Of a stretch of DNA of 26,173 bases, positions 6,823 to 15,731 are shown piece after piece. The notes beneath the pieces are model-generated. The model ran no database searches. It saw only the letters and a list, made by a program, of their open reading frames with translations, and was not told the DNA's origin. A program made the translations under genes and the position numbers. The first letter of the stretch is position 1. Each line of letters opens with the position of its first letter. The DNA is from a virus (Duplodnaviria; Caudoviricetes). The stretch spans positions 1 through 26,173 of IMG/VR virus record IMGVR_UViG_3300048817_000014; one strand, given 5' to 3'.

Positions 6823-9431
6823 TTACTCTACGGTCGGCATCTGCCCTTCCAGACCTGTCTGGGATGGAGTGCCGTTCACGGTCTCGCTCATGCCGCTCGC
6901 TTTCGCAGCTTCACGAGTGATATCCCGTTTGATTCGGTTGTTGCTGGCTTGGTCTTCCAACTGTTGTTTCTGAACAAACTTCTGTTGGTCGCCCTGCTGC
7001 TTGGCCTGCATCGCCCCCTGCTGGAGGGCCGCTTTGGAATTCGCCTTCTGGCGAGCGATCATATCGGGCGTCATCGCCTTGATGATGTCGTTCTTGTTCT
7101 TCCACTCACTAGCTTCCATCCACATCGCGATAATCGGCTTGAAGTCGATGTACTCTTGGTTGATCTCGGCCAACGATTGCTGAATCTGCGGGTTGTCCAG
7201 GATCTGCGTGAGCATGACCATAGACTGGGCCATCGTCCGCTTCGCAGCGAGCGACGATCCTGCAAGAATCTCATACTCAATCTGTGCATCGTAAAACTCC
7301 TGAAGGCTAAGATCCTTCAAGAAGTCCTCACCCATTTCCTTACCGAGGATATGGTTGATGGCAGCGCCCGACATCACCGTGAACACCAGCATGTCGATGA
7401 CGCCGATGAACGGTTTGAATACCTGATCGATGAAGTTGTCCAGAGGGCCGTCAAGGCGGGTTGCGGACGCGCCTGCCATAAGGTTTGCGCCTGCCGCCGA
7501 GCGTCCCATACCTGCCCGTGGGCCAGCGGAACTCCCCTGAACCAACGTCTGGTCTGCACCCGAGGAAGATTCGGTCGCCGACTCGTTCTCCTTCATCGCC
7601 GACCAGATATCGGGCGGGACTTTCGGAGATTCGAGCAACCTGTACGATTTCTCAGTGTCGGTCACGCTCAGGATCTTACCAATGCCTGTGCGGATCGTTT
7701 GCGTCGGGGCGTTGTCGTCCCTGTTGCGCAGATATATTGGATTGACGCCGTATGACAGGATCTTCAGAATTGAGTTAATCGTGCCTTGGTCGACACGTTG
7801 ATTCTGTCCGACAATCAATCCCAGACCCATACCGTAGAACGCCCGAGGGCGATTCCACCAGTTGGATGACAAGAACGGGATCTTTTTGAACTCGTTGACG
7901 CCTGTGTAGACGACCTTCTCCTTATTGAGGACGATGATCTTGCGACCGCTGTCCCAATACTCCATGAGTTCGAGCTTCGTGCGTCGGGGGTCAGGGCTCG
8001 TCTGAGCGTTGACTTCCTCGGCATGGAATACCACACCACGCACCTGAGTCGTCATGTCCAGATCTTGTAGCTGTTGGCCAGGCTGGCCGTCCCACATTGA
8101 CGCAATCTGTGCGTCAGTCGGGAACTTCCAACCGTCGATAGCCACGCCTTCTTCGCCGTCCTGGATCGCACCCGTGATGTTTTTCTTCAAATCCGTGAAC
8201 TGATACCAGTCCATGTATCGGATGTCGATGACCCATCGTGCTTCGCGAATGTCCGAGACCTCTAACTGCGGGTCGAGGAGAACACGATTGAGCGGACGAT
8301 GCTCGAAGAACGGCATTGGCACGATCTGTACCGACCGCTCGATATTCGGCGGATCGTCTGTCGGGAACTCTTTGCGGGTCGTCGAACCATCTGGATTTGG
8401 GAGATCGACGTGTCTCGTGGTCGCGGAACGTTTGAGCGTCACGATCTCTTGCCAGTCGTATCCCCACTTGAAGATACCTGTGCCTAGGTGGGCCATCTGT
8501 TCCAGGCCCCACTTCACATGGTTCTTGAACTTGCATTCGTCCAGGATATAGGAATACAACGCCGTCTTGGCGTCGACGACCTTCTGGGACGTGCCTGGTC
8601 TTGGCCGAAGTAGCATCGGCGGATCGGCGTAGAACAAGCCTTTGTATAGTTGCGGCACAATCGCGTTGCAAACCTTCGCGACGGTGAACCGCTGGACGTT
8701 CGGTTCGAGTACGTCATTATGTTACTCGCCTTGCGGCGGGATGAATCATTTCTGTTCATCTCTTACGGTTTTGATTCCCGTAATGATCGGACTATCGCAT
8801 CATCCCAAAGGATGTCTTCTTGTTTAGTCTCTACTGCTGCCCGCTTTCGCTGCTTGCAGTCTGTTCCCGTTTCAGGGTTCAGCTTGATTAAAGAAGATTC
8901 GCATTCTCACCTTTCAGTGAGGTGCCCCCGTTATGTTAAGGTATTCTCGTAAACCGTCATCGGTCGTGGCGACTGAAACAAAATATCTGCGTCTCGCCAA
9001 AGAAGTGTCCCATTATCAACAACTTACATAAAACTCTTTCGCGTTATGTTCGTTATCAATGTTGTTACTGCTTTCGCAGGGTTAGGCATTTCTGCTAACC
9101 TCATACGGTTTCTATTCCCGTATAGTTCGGACTATTGCATCACCTTGCGGTGCCCTCTCGCTTAGTCTCTCACGGTCCCGCTAGGGTTCCGCCTCGTTGT
9201 CATTTCAGATTTCGAGTCAATCAGAGTGGGTTTATAGACGGCAGATTTTGTTTACTGTCTGTTTTGGATAAACGCTTTGGCAAGCTCGGCACTTCTGCAA
9301 ACGAGGGTGAGCTCTTTATCTATTGGTAGATCGCCCGTCTGGTTGTTCTTGAAATCCCTAGGATCTAGGTTTCCGTTTGGGTCACCATCACGAATGACGG
9401 CGTCCATAACACCTAATGAATTATCAGGCAT
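6823..9431 (-). CDS. Portal protein, spliced: exon 1 9431-9254 (alternative start 9407), exon 2 9010-8939, exon 3 8714-6823, 713 aa
   Basis: Spliced junctions read KAFIQNRQ-W-TLLWRDADILFQSPRPMTVYENT-Y-VLEPNVQRFTVAKVCNAIVPQLYKGLF. Portal-like motifs GTGIFKWG, LMEYW, FYGMGLG and GRSAAGA; positioned after the terminase. Confidence 0.88.
8715..8938 (-). mobile_element. ORF-less group I intron 2 in the portal gene (224 nt)
   Basis: 5' exon ends in U (8939) and the intron ends in G (8715). P3 UCUUCUU/AAGAAGA; P7 GAGACUA/UAGUCC; P8 CAUCC/GGAUG; P9 UUACGG/CCGUAA. P1 is short (CCU/GGG). Junction T|AC gives an in-frame Tyr. Confidence 0.88.
9011..9253 (-). mobile_element. ORF-less group I intron 1 in the portal gene (243 nt)
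   Basis: 5' exon ends in U (9254) and the intron ends in G (9011). CCGUGAGAGACUA...GCAAUAGUCC (P7); P8 CACC-GCAA-GGUG; P9 AUACGG/CCGUAU. Junction T|GG gives an in-frame Trp and removes a TAA. Confidence 0.9.
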
Positions 9432-9978
9432 TGACCCTCGCTTTCAGTTTTGCCCACCGTGCCTTACTATTCTCGCTGATCTTACGCAAATGTTCAGGAG
9501 ACCGTGGTGGTTTTTTACACCCTTTCTGCCCTATTTTCAGAGCAGCGATGTGTTCAGGCGTTAAAGTTTTACCCTTTTGAGTAGCGCTAATCTTGTCGCC
9601 CCAAGTTACATTACGCCCAGTCATTACTTCTTTCATGTGTGCTTTTTCAGCCTCCGTATGGGGACGTTTCGTTCCAAGCCGTCCTCCACCACCTGCGGTA
9701 ATGTTGTATCCGATTTCTGGATTCTGGGTTTCGAGAGTCCGAATAAAAAAGATTTCTAGAGCGTCCATTTGGTCTTTATCAACCGCTCTAACCAAAGATT
9801 TTATGGAGAATGCTTCAGGTCCGTATTTGCGAATCGCCCGATAAAGATAAGTCTTATTGCCGCTATTCGCTAGGGCGTGGCGTACATTATATCGCAGGTA
9901 CGCCTGCAAGTCGTCCTTAGAATGCATCCCGATATAAATCTTGTCATTCGCCGTGTTGGATATGGCGTAAACCTGCAT
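9424..9978 (-). CDS. Free-standing GIY-YIG homing endonuclease with NUMOD3-like repeats (184 aa)
   Basis: VYAISNTANDKIYIG, LYRAIRKYG, GYNITAGGGG and HTEAEKAHM. Confidence 0.9.
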   Translation of the reverse strand: MQVYAISNTANDKIYIGMHSKDDLQAYLRYNVRHALANSGNKTYLYRAIRKYGPEAFSIKSLVRAVDKDQMDALEIFFIRTLETQNPEIGYNITAGGGGRLGTKRPHTEAEKAHMKEVMTGRNVTWGDKISATQKGKTLTPEHIAALKIGQKGCKKPPRSPEHLRKISENSKARWAKLKARVNA

Positions 9979-9999
9979 AGGCTTTTCTCCCCCATTTTA

Positions 10000-10028
10000 A
10001 GTTTAGCACAAGAGGCCGATTTTGTCAA
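10000..10028 (-). promoter_or_regulatory. Sigma70-type promoter for GIY-YIG gene 9424-9978
   Basis: TTGACA (10028-10023), 17 bp spacer, TGn-TAAACT (10005-10000). Confidence 0.75.
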
Positions 10029-10044
10029 CGTCGAGTCTTGTTTC

Positions 10045-12039
10045 TCATTGAAATAAATCCGCTAGAGGATCGTGAAACTCGCCAAGACCTATACCTGTGG
10101 GCATCGGTTCACCTGACTGGTCAGGGAATCCCGAAGCCAACGCCGCAAACTGCGACTGGTCTATTGCCTTACCCTCGTAAACTTGTTTGTATGCCGCCTG
10201 CTGCTTGGGATCGAAGTACTGATCCTGAGCCGCCGAAACCTTCGCCTCATTCTCCGCGTATGCGCAGAACTGTTTTACGAGGATAGCCAGCGCATCCACG
10301 ATATCATCGTGCATTGATGCGGCGGTACCGAACTTCGACAACTCGTCGTAGAGTTCGTCGAGACTCGGACAGGTATTTAGGAAGAGTAATTTACCTTCCT
10401 CCAGATACCGAAGTACGGGACCCGCCTTCTCAGATTTCGACTTAGTCTTCTTGCCTTGACCAAGCGAGACCCATTCAATCGGCACTCGCACTTTCAATTT
10501 GTCCATCTCGTGATAGGCCTCACGACCCATCCACTTCACACCGACGGATTCCTCGATGCACATCCTTCGGGGTTTCCACTGGAGTGCAGTCGCCGCGATC
10601 ATAGCGGGTAATTCAGCTTCGTTGTATCGGTCTCGCTTCATGTCAATGATGTAGAAGCGTCCACCGTAGATCAGCGCCGTCAAGATGACCGTGTAATCCG
10701 CCCACGACTTAGTCGAGTATGCGGTATCCACGCACGTTACGATCATGCCCATATTCGGCAACATCGCGGCAGGGACCGTCTTGCGCACCAGGAGTTCCCG
10801 AGGGAACTTGATGACGTGCATTAGGGTCGGATCATTCAGATACTTGATCGCGAACCAGGGATCGGTCTTCTTCTTGTGCAGCAGTAACTTATAAGTCAAC
10901 GAGTGTTCGTTATCGTCGACGTTGAACCAGAAGTCGTAATCGGCCTCAGACATCTCGGCACCGATTTTGCCGATTGCTCGTGCGGCGGCGTTAGGCCACC
11001 ACGCGGCACGGATGTAAACCTTCATCGGGTACTGCTCAGGAGCCCCGCCCTCCTCGACCCACTTCTTGAGGTTGAGGATGTCCTGGCCGTAAGTATCTTG
11101 TGAGTCGTACCAAGTCCCGATCTTGTCGTAGAATCCGAAGGGGTGCAACATCGCAGCATTGATGCTGACTTGCTTGTTGATATTGACGATGCGGTCAACC
11201 GTCTGTGAGTTCTCGTTAGTCACGACGTCGTCCAGTTTCATAACACAGACGTGCCAACCAGCCAAGTTCTGCTCGATAGAGGCGGCGAAGACCGTGCATT
11301 CCTTCTCAACCACAGAGACTGCAGGAGTCTGATATTCGTAACCTTTACCATCATCCTTCTCAATGCAGTGCTCGGGGAAGAGTACCTGGAACATACTCTC
11401 TGTCCCGTCGAGCATGACGCGGGGACTTAGGCATTTCTTCTTAATGAAGAGACCTGTCAGTCCGCCGTCATTCAGAGTGAAATGTCCCTTGATCTCGCTG
11501 ACGAAATCCTTGGCAAGGTCGAGCACGCCCGTCAGTACTAGGATCGTGACTTCTGGGTAGGTGATGATCCACTGAACACAGTCCGCCATGTTCATTGAGG
11601 ATTTGAACCCGCCTCTAGGGACTAGGAGTAGGCGTTCCTTCTGGTCGATGTAGTTGTTCTTGGCGGCAAATTCTTTGAACGTCGCCCTAGTCGGATCTTT
11701 TTTTACAAAGAACTCATTGCAAATCGATTCATGCGTCGTATGAACGGTACCGTCTATCCAAGTATATTCCTGATCGCTTAGGTCGCAGTATTTTTCTAAA
11801 AGACGGCACAAGAAGAAAAGATTGGTCTGGGCCAAGAATCGGTAGCGAAAGATATCTGCGTCCTTCGTGATGCCCTTGAGATCACAAATCGTTACAACTT
11901 TCATCTGCTGATCAGGAGTAAGACGGAAGAAACTAGTCTTGGCTCTCGCCAGAAATTCCTCGGGAGTCATATCACGGTGCTGGTAATTTTTGTCGTGAAG
12001 ATGCTTCTCAAACAGCGCCGCTAACTTTTCTACTGTCAC
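10045..12039 (-). CDS. terL: Terminase large subunit (664 aa)
   Basis: Walker A-like LLVPRGGFKSS, Walker B MKLDDVV, IGTWY, and nuclease motifs VDTAYS..DYTV and HDDIVDAL. SD GGAGGAG before GTG. Confidence 0.92.
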   Translation of the reverse strand: MTVEKLAALFEKHLHDKNYQHRDMTPEEFLARAKTSFFRLTPDQQMKVVTICDLKGITKDADIFRYRFLAQTNLFFLCRLLEKYCDLSDQEYTWIDGTVHTTHESICNEFFVKKDPTRATFKEFAAKNNYIDQKERLLLVPRGGFKSSMNMADCVQWIITYPEVTILVLTGVLDLAKDFVSEIKGHFTLNDGGLTGLFIKKKCLSPRVMLDGTESMFQVLFPEHCIEKDDGKGYEYQTPAVSVVEKECTVFAASIEQNLAGWHVCVMKLDDVVTNENSQTVDRIVNINKQVSINAAMLHPFGFYDKIGTWYDSQDTYGQDILNLKKWVEEGGAPEQYPMKVYIRAAWWPNAAARAIGKIGAEMSEADYDFWFNVDDNEHSLTYKLLLHKKKTDPWFAIKYLNDPTLMHVIKFPRELLVRKTVPAAMLPNMGMIVTCVDTAYSTKSWADYTVILTALIYGGRFYIIDMKRDRYNEAELPAMIAATALQWKPRRMCIEESVGVKWMGREAYHEMDKLKVRVPIEWVSLGQGKKTKSKSEKAGPVLRYLEEGKLLFLNTCPSLDELYDELSKFGTAASMHDDIVDALAILVKQFCAYAENEAKVSAAQDQYFDPKQQAAYKQVYEGKAIDQSQFAALASGFPDQSGEPMPTGIGLGEFHDPLADLFQ

Positions 12040-12057
12040 GACTCCTCCATCAAAATG

Positions 12058-13068
12058 TTAAATGTTGCCCTTTTTTGCGTCTATGGCGTTTCCACTCTTC
12101 CCCATCGAGTTAACCGTGATATGAAGTGGGTGGGCTTTCTCGGGAGATTTGCCGTTGCTTTCTCCTTTACCGCTGCCTTTTGCTCCCGCTCCTGTCGCAG
12201 TCGACGTATCAGTGCTGCTTGATCCAGACGTAGTTATAGTCACCGCTCCGCCTGTCGCCGCGCCTGTGTTACGATGAGCCGTAGCACCGCCTGTGCTGGT
12301 GCTAGTTCCTGGGGAGGGGAGAGTGCTCGGCGAGGCGGGAGTACCTTTATCCGCATCTTCGCCTACCACGCCGCCTTTGTCGTAACACTTCGCCTTACCG
12401 CCTGCTTGACCTGCCCATCCGTGCATGGCGGTCGCCATTGCACCCATCTTCGCTGTGTGGGGATTTTCGCTGTTGGCCGCCGCTTGTTTCTTCGCCAGCG
12501 GGATATCCTGGTCTTCGGGAATGCCTAGAGCACGATGCAATCCGCCCTTGTTGAGGTGCGCCATAGCGCGGTGGAAGTGAGATTTCTCGTCTGTGGAATG
12601 AACGACCCCGCCCTTATCGTAGCAAGCGATCTTAGGGTCGGCCCCAGCAGCAGTCTTTACAACTCCGCCGTTGTCATAGCAATCCAACCTAGGTGCGGCT
12701 CCTGCGGCGGTTTTCGCCATGGTCTTCGCTTCATACTTTCGATTTTGTTCGGGCGTCAAGACACGCTCACCGTCTTGAAGGATAGCGAGTTCGTGGTTAC
12801 CGTCGTTGACGTTGACTCTGCCACCCCCGTCATACTTCTTCACGGGTTTCTGCGACAATAGAGGACGGGACCAGTCTTCGATGTCTTTCCTAGGGATGGG
12901 AACCTCTCCCTTAATGAGCTTGCGCGGTTTGTCCGCACCTGGGAGTGGTTCGGAACCTGTACGCGGGGATTCAGCGGGAGCGGGTGCGGGATTCAAGGCT
13001 TGATCCGCCGCGTTCCGCATCTTAACCTTCTCGTTCAACTCGGTGCCTATCGGCGTCTCTTGTGCCAT
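12058..13068 (-). CDS. Hypothetical mosaic protein with four YDxGGxV repeats (336 aa)
   Basis: Long ORF with SD GGAG; repeats KYDGGGRV, CYDNGGVV, CYDKGGVV (x2). Confidence 0.7.
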   Translation of the reverse strand: MAQETPIGTELNEKVKMRNAADQALNPAPAPAESPRTGSEPLPGADKPRKLIKGEVPIPRKDIEDWSRPLLSQKPVKKYDGGGRVNVNDGNHELAILQDGERVLTPEQNRKYEAKTMAKTAAGAAPRLDCYDNGGVVKTAAGADPKIACYDKGGVVHSTDEKSHFHRAMAHLNKGGLHRALGIPEDQDIPLAKKQAAANSENPHTAKMGAMATAMHGWAGQAGGKAKCYDKGGVVGEDADKGTPASPSTLPSPGTSTSTGGATAHRNTGAATGGAVTITTSGSSSTDTSTATGAGAKGSGKGESNGKSPEKAHPLHITVNSMGKSGNAIDAKKGNI

Positions 13069-13085
13069 ATGTCTCCAGTAAATCT

Positions 13086-13439
13086 TTACATGCCTGCGGG
13101 CGGGGCCATCGGACCTGCGCCTGCGCCGGGTACTGCGGGCGGTGCGGGCGAGGGAGAGGCCGTCAACTGCGGTGCCCCACCGGCCATATCGCCAGGGGCC
13201 TCGCCGGGTGCTTCTGTCCCAGCGTGCTTCTCCATGTGATCGTGGACGTCAGCCATGTTGTCGTGCATGTGAACTTCGTCGTGCTTCTCAGAATCGTGTG
13301 GCGCATGATGCTTATGCGTCATTACATGCTTGCCATTGTGGGTCTTAGTGTGAGTGATCGACTTGATCTCTTTCTTCGGGCCTTTCGACTTATCGTGGAG
13401 AACATCATAGATTGACATTTTATTTTCCTTTGTGACCAT
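13086..13439 (-). CDS. His-rich hypothetical protein with Pro/Gly/Ala tail (117 aa; start may be the second Met)
   Basis: Fits operon packing; about 14 His in the N-terminal two-thirds. Confidence 0.65.
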   Translation of the reverse strand: MVTKENKMSIYDVLHDKSKGPKKEIKSITHTKTHNGKHVMTHKHHAPHDSEKHDEVHMHDNMADVHDHMEKHAGTEAPGEAPGDMAGGAPQLTASPSPAPPAVPGAGAGPMAPPAGM

Positions 13440-13460
13440 ACCGCCCCCATCACCAGTTAA

Positions 13461-13988
13461 TTAGACTGGTGATTTATCGAAAAACTTGGATAATTCTTTC
13501 CAACGTTCTCGTGCATATGAGCGCATGCCTGTTCCTGGATCATACGGGGGGTAGAGCGTCTTGAACTTATGCTCGGCTCTTGCAAAGCCTTCGGGGAACT
13601 CCCCAATGGTTCGGAGGAACATGAGCATCATCGTCGGACCTCTACTATGTCCCGCAACGCAGTGAACAAAAACTTTCTCGCCTGCGTCATATCGCTCTTT
13701 GATGAAATTCAACCCTGCATCAATAACCACATCGGGGATCAACGAGGTATCATCAACGTCGATGAGATTCAGAGCGAGGTGCTTCTTGTCCGAACGATAG
13801 AAATAATAATTCGCGTCGTGAGGCGCTGCGAGACTTTCATAAAGCAGCATCGCACGATGGCAATCAGGAGACCCATCCTTGCAAGCCGCAAGGATAGAAT
13901 ATCCCCGTCGATTAGCCCCTGGCACCGCCTCCTCGTCGCCCACCCAGAGATGAGGAATTACTTCTTCGAGAATGGGTTTGTATGCCAT
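13461..13988 (-). CDS. Dual-specificity (CX5R) protein phosphatase (175 aa)
   Basis: EVIPHLWVG N-terminal strand and VFVHCVAGHSRG catalytic loop; SD GGAGGAG. Confidence 0.88.
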   Translation of the reverse strand: MAYKPILEEVIPHLWVGDEEAVPGANRRGYSILAACKDGSPDCHRAMLLYESLAAPHDANYYFYRSDKKHLALNLIDVDDTSLIPDVVIDAGLNFIKERYDAGEKVFVHCVAGHSRGPTMMLMFLRTIGEFPEGFARAEHKFKTLYPPYDPGTGMRSYARERWKELSKFFDKSPV

Positions 13989-14316
13989 TGACTCCTCCGA
14001 TACTCAACTCTAGTGCGAGAAAGGCATCAGCCACATGCTCTCGAAAATGGTTCTGATCTTTGCGTTTGCGAAAGAGTTTTCTTCGCCGCTTCGCCAACCT
14101 CTCTGAATCCCGCCCGAAGATGCTTCTCTCTTCACATGGCCTACTGGGAAATGCCGCCGACCTGATGACCGCTGTCGTGGCGTATTTCAATTTCCGATTG
14201 CGAGAGTCGGGACCTCTTAGGCATGTGAGTACGTCCCACAAAGCCCCCGAGTATTCCTTGCCTGTTAACATCTCCTCGATTGCGTTGAGGGCCGCACGTA
14301 ATGTGCGTGGCCTCAT
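13912..14316 (-). CDS. Hypothetical basic protein (134 aa)
   Basis: SD TAGGAG; 3' end overlaps the phosphatase start. Confidence 0.6.
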   Translation of the reverse strand: MRPRTLRAALNAIEEMLTGKEYSGALWDVLTCLRGPDSRNRKLKYATTAVIRSAAFPSRPCEERSIFGRDSERLAKRRRKLFRKRKDQNHFREHVADAFLALELSIGGVNGIQTHSRRSNSSSLGGRRGGGARG

Positions 14317-14324
14317 AGAATCTC

Positions 14325-14672
14325 CTAATCGTGAATCGCTATGAACTGTGCGGTTACATCGTGCGTCACGCCATCGGCGTTGCAGACCACGAAGACGATA
14401 CCCACTCCGCCAGGTTGATACTGAATCATGCCGATGCAGCAGATAGCGGTAGCCGCCCCATCCGAAGGGGTCTCCGCTACAGTTACCGAACCTGTGACGG
14501 TGTAATTATTGTCGGCGAAGGGAGTCGTCCAATTTAGAACTGTGGGCGGGGTAGAAGGTGTGGCGGAAGCAATCACGCCCAGATGCACTCTCGCCGTCTG
14601 GTAAACTAGCGGAGGTTGAGCGGCGGTACCCTGGTTGGTGCTGTCCGAAAAAGCTAGATTGACGATGTTCAT
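14325..14672 (-). CDS. Hypothetical beta-rich structural protein, fibre-tip/lectin-like (115 aa)
   Basis: WTTPFADNNYTVTGSV...QFIAIHD resembles small fibre-tip domains; SD TAGGAG. Confidence 0.6.
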   Translation of the reverse strand: MNIVNLAFSDSTNQGTAAQPPLVYQTARVHLGVIASATPSTPPTVLNWTTPFADNNYTVTGSVTVAETPSDGAATAICCIGMIQYQPGGVGIVFVVCNADGVTHDVTAQFIAIHD

Positions 14673-14680
14673 GTCGGCTC

Positions 14681-15208
14681 CTATACTGCGACGACGGAGT
14701 AATTGACCGTAATCTTCAACGTGCCGTTACCGAGCGAGAGCGCAGCGGGTGCGCTAAAGACCAGCGGGGCGTTGACTCCAATCGTGAAAGGTACAAGACC
14801 TTCACCACAGAGTCCGTAGAAGAGACAAGATACGGCGGACTCGATAATACCTGTCGTCGCACTCGCCCAGTCGTAGACTACGATCTCGTTCGAGGTGGTG
14901 ACAGGCGGAGGGCCGAGAGTGAAGTAACAAGCGTTCGAGGGGGCGGGCGATGAATATGCGGTGCCCCCGAAGGTGTACTCCATGACGTAATACTGCGGGA
15001 ACAGATAGAAACCTACTCCTGGCGCAGGAATCAGCGTCACGGGCGTAGTGCTCAACGCCAGCAACTGGGCTGATGTAAGAGTTACCGAGGCCTGCTGTAC
15101 CGCAGGAGCCCCGCCTGTTGCGGCGGTCGTCTGTAGAGTGCCATCGGCGAACAGGATTGCTTCCGTGTTCGTGATTACAGAATTTCCCCCCATATAGTGT
15201 TGTGACAT
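14681..15208 (-). CDS. Hypothetical structural protein (175 aa)
   Basis: ILFADGTLQTTAA motif seen in fibre-like proteins, plus SVTLTSAQLLAL..LIPAPG; SD TAGGAG. Confidence 0.65.
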   Translation of the reverse strand: MSQHYMGGNSVITNTEAILFADGTLQTTAATGGAPAVQQASVTLTSAQLLALSTTPVTLIPAPGVGFYLFPQYYVMEYTFGGTAYSSPAPSNACYFTLGPPPVTTSNEIVVYDWASATTGIIESAVSCLFYGLCGEGLVPFTIGVNAPLVFSAPAALSLGNGTLKITVNYSVVAV

Positions 15209-15216
15209 AGAATCTC

Positions 15217-15723
15217 CTAGGTCATCGCCACGATGCGTTCGGCAATCGTGTACGGCGTTCCCGCTGCTCCAGCACTATACACCCCAACGGTGCTGATTGT
15301 GGTGTTAGCGAGTGCCAGGAGTGGGTAGGTCTCCATAATGACGTTTGCAACATCGAGATGCAGAACTATTACTATCGTCTGAACTCCAGACCCGTCGGCT
15401 GCCGTATAGGAAACCGTCTTCGTGTAGGTCGAGCCCGATATTCCCCCGCCTGTGGACTTCAGATAGATCGATAGATCGTACATCTGAGTCGTGGTCGTAA
15501 GAAAACTCAATGATTGCGGAATCGTAGTGTTGACCGCTTGCAAGCGGGCTTCAACGACGGGTGTTGCGGGAACTCCCGCTGCGCTCGTACCTGCGATGAA
15601 CGCCCACGTACCTGAACCTGGTTGAGAACCGTACAGACTCCCGTTTACGAAATCCCAATACAGCGCCCCTTCGGGCGGTACAGGCATTGTCGGAGGTGAA
15701 ACTCTTCCAACGTAACTAAGCAT
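15217..15723 (-). CDS. Hypothetical structural protein (168 aa)
   Basis: Beta-rich, Thr/Gly/Ala-rich, with GALYWD motif; SD TAGGAG. Confidence 0.65.
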   Translation of the reverse strand: MLSYVGRVSPPTMPVPPEGALYWDFVNGSLYGSQPGSGTWAFIAGTSAAGVPATPVVEARLQAVNTTIPQSLSFLTTTTQMYDLSIYLKSTGGGISGSTYTKTVSYTAADGSGVQTIVIVLHLDVANVIMETYPLLALANTTISTVGVYSAGAAGTPYTIAERIVAMT

Positions 15724-15731
15724 GATATCTC

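Noticed and set aside
6652-7755. 367-aa plus-strand ORF, and similar ones such as 18148-19197 and 3999-4529
   Set aside because: Antisense shadows of well-supported minus-strand genes, with no recognisable motifs or SD.
8659-9431. Portal 5' region as a pseudogene, frameshift or stop-codon recoding
   Set aside because: Two group I introns explain the stops exactly, and TAG, TGA and TAA all serve as normal stops elsewhere.
10045-12039. Intein in the long terminase
   Set aside because: No C/S...HN-C/S/T splice motifs or LAGLIDADG blocks were seen; the extra length is in terminal extensions.
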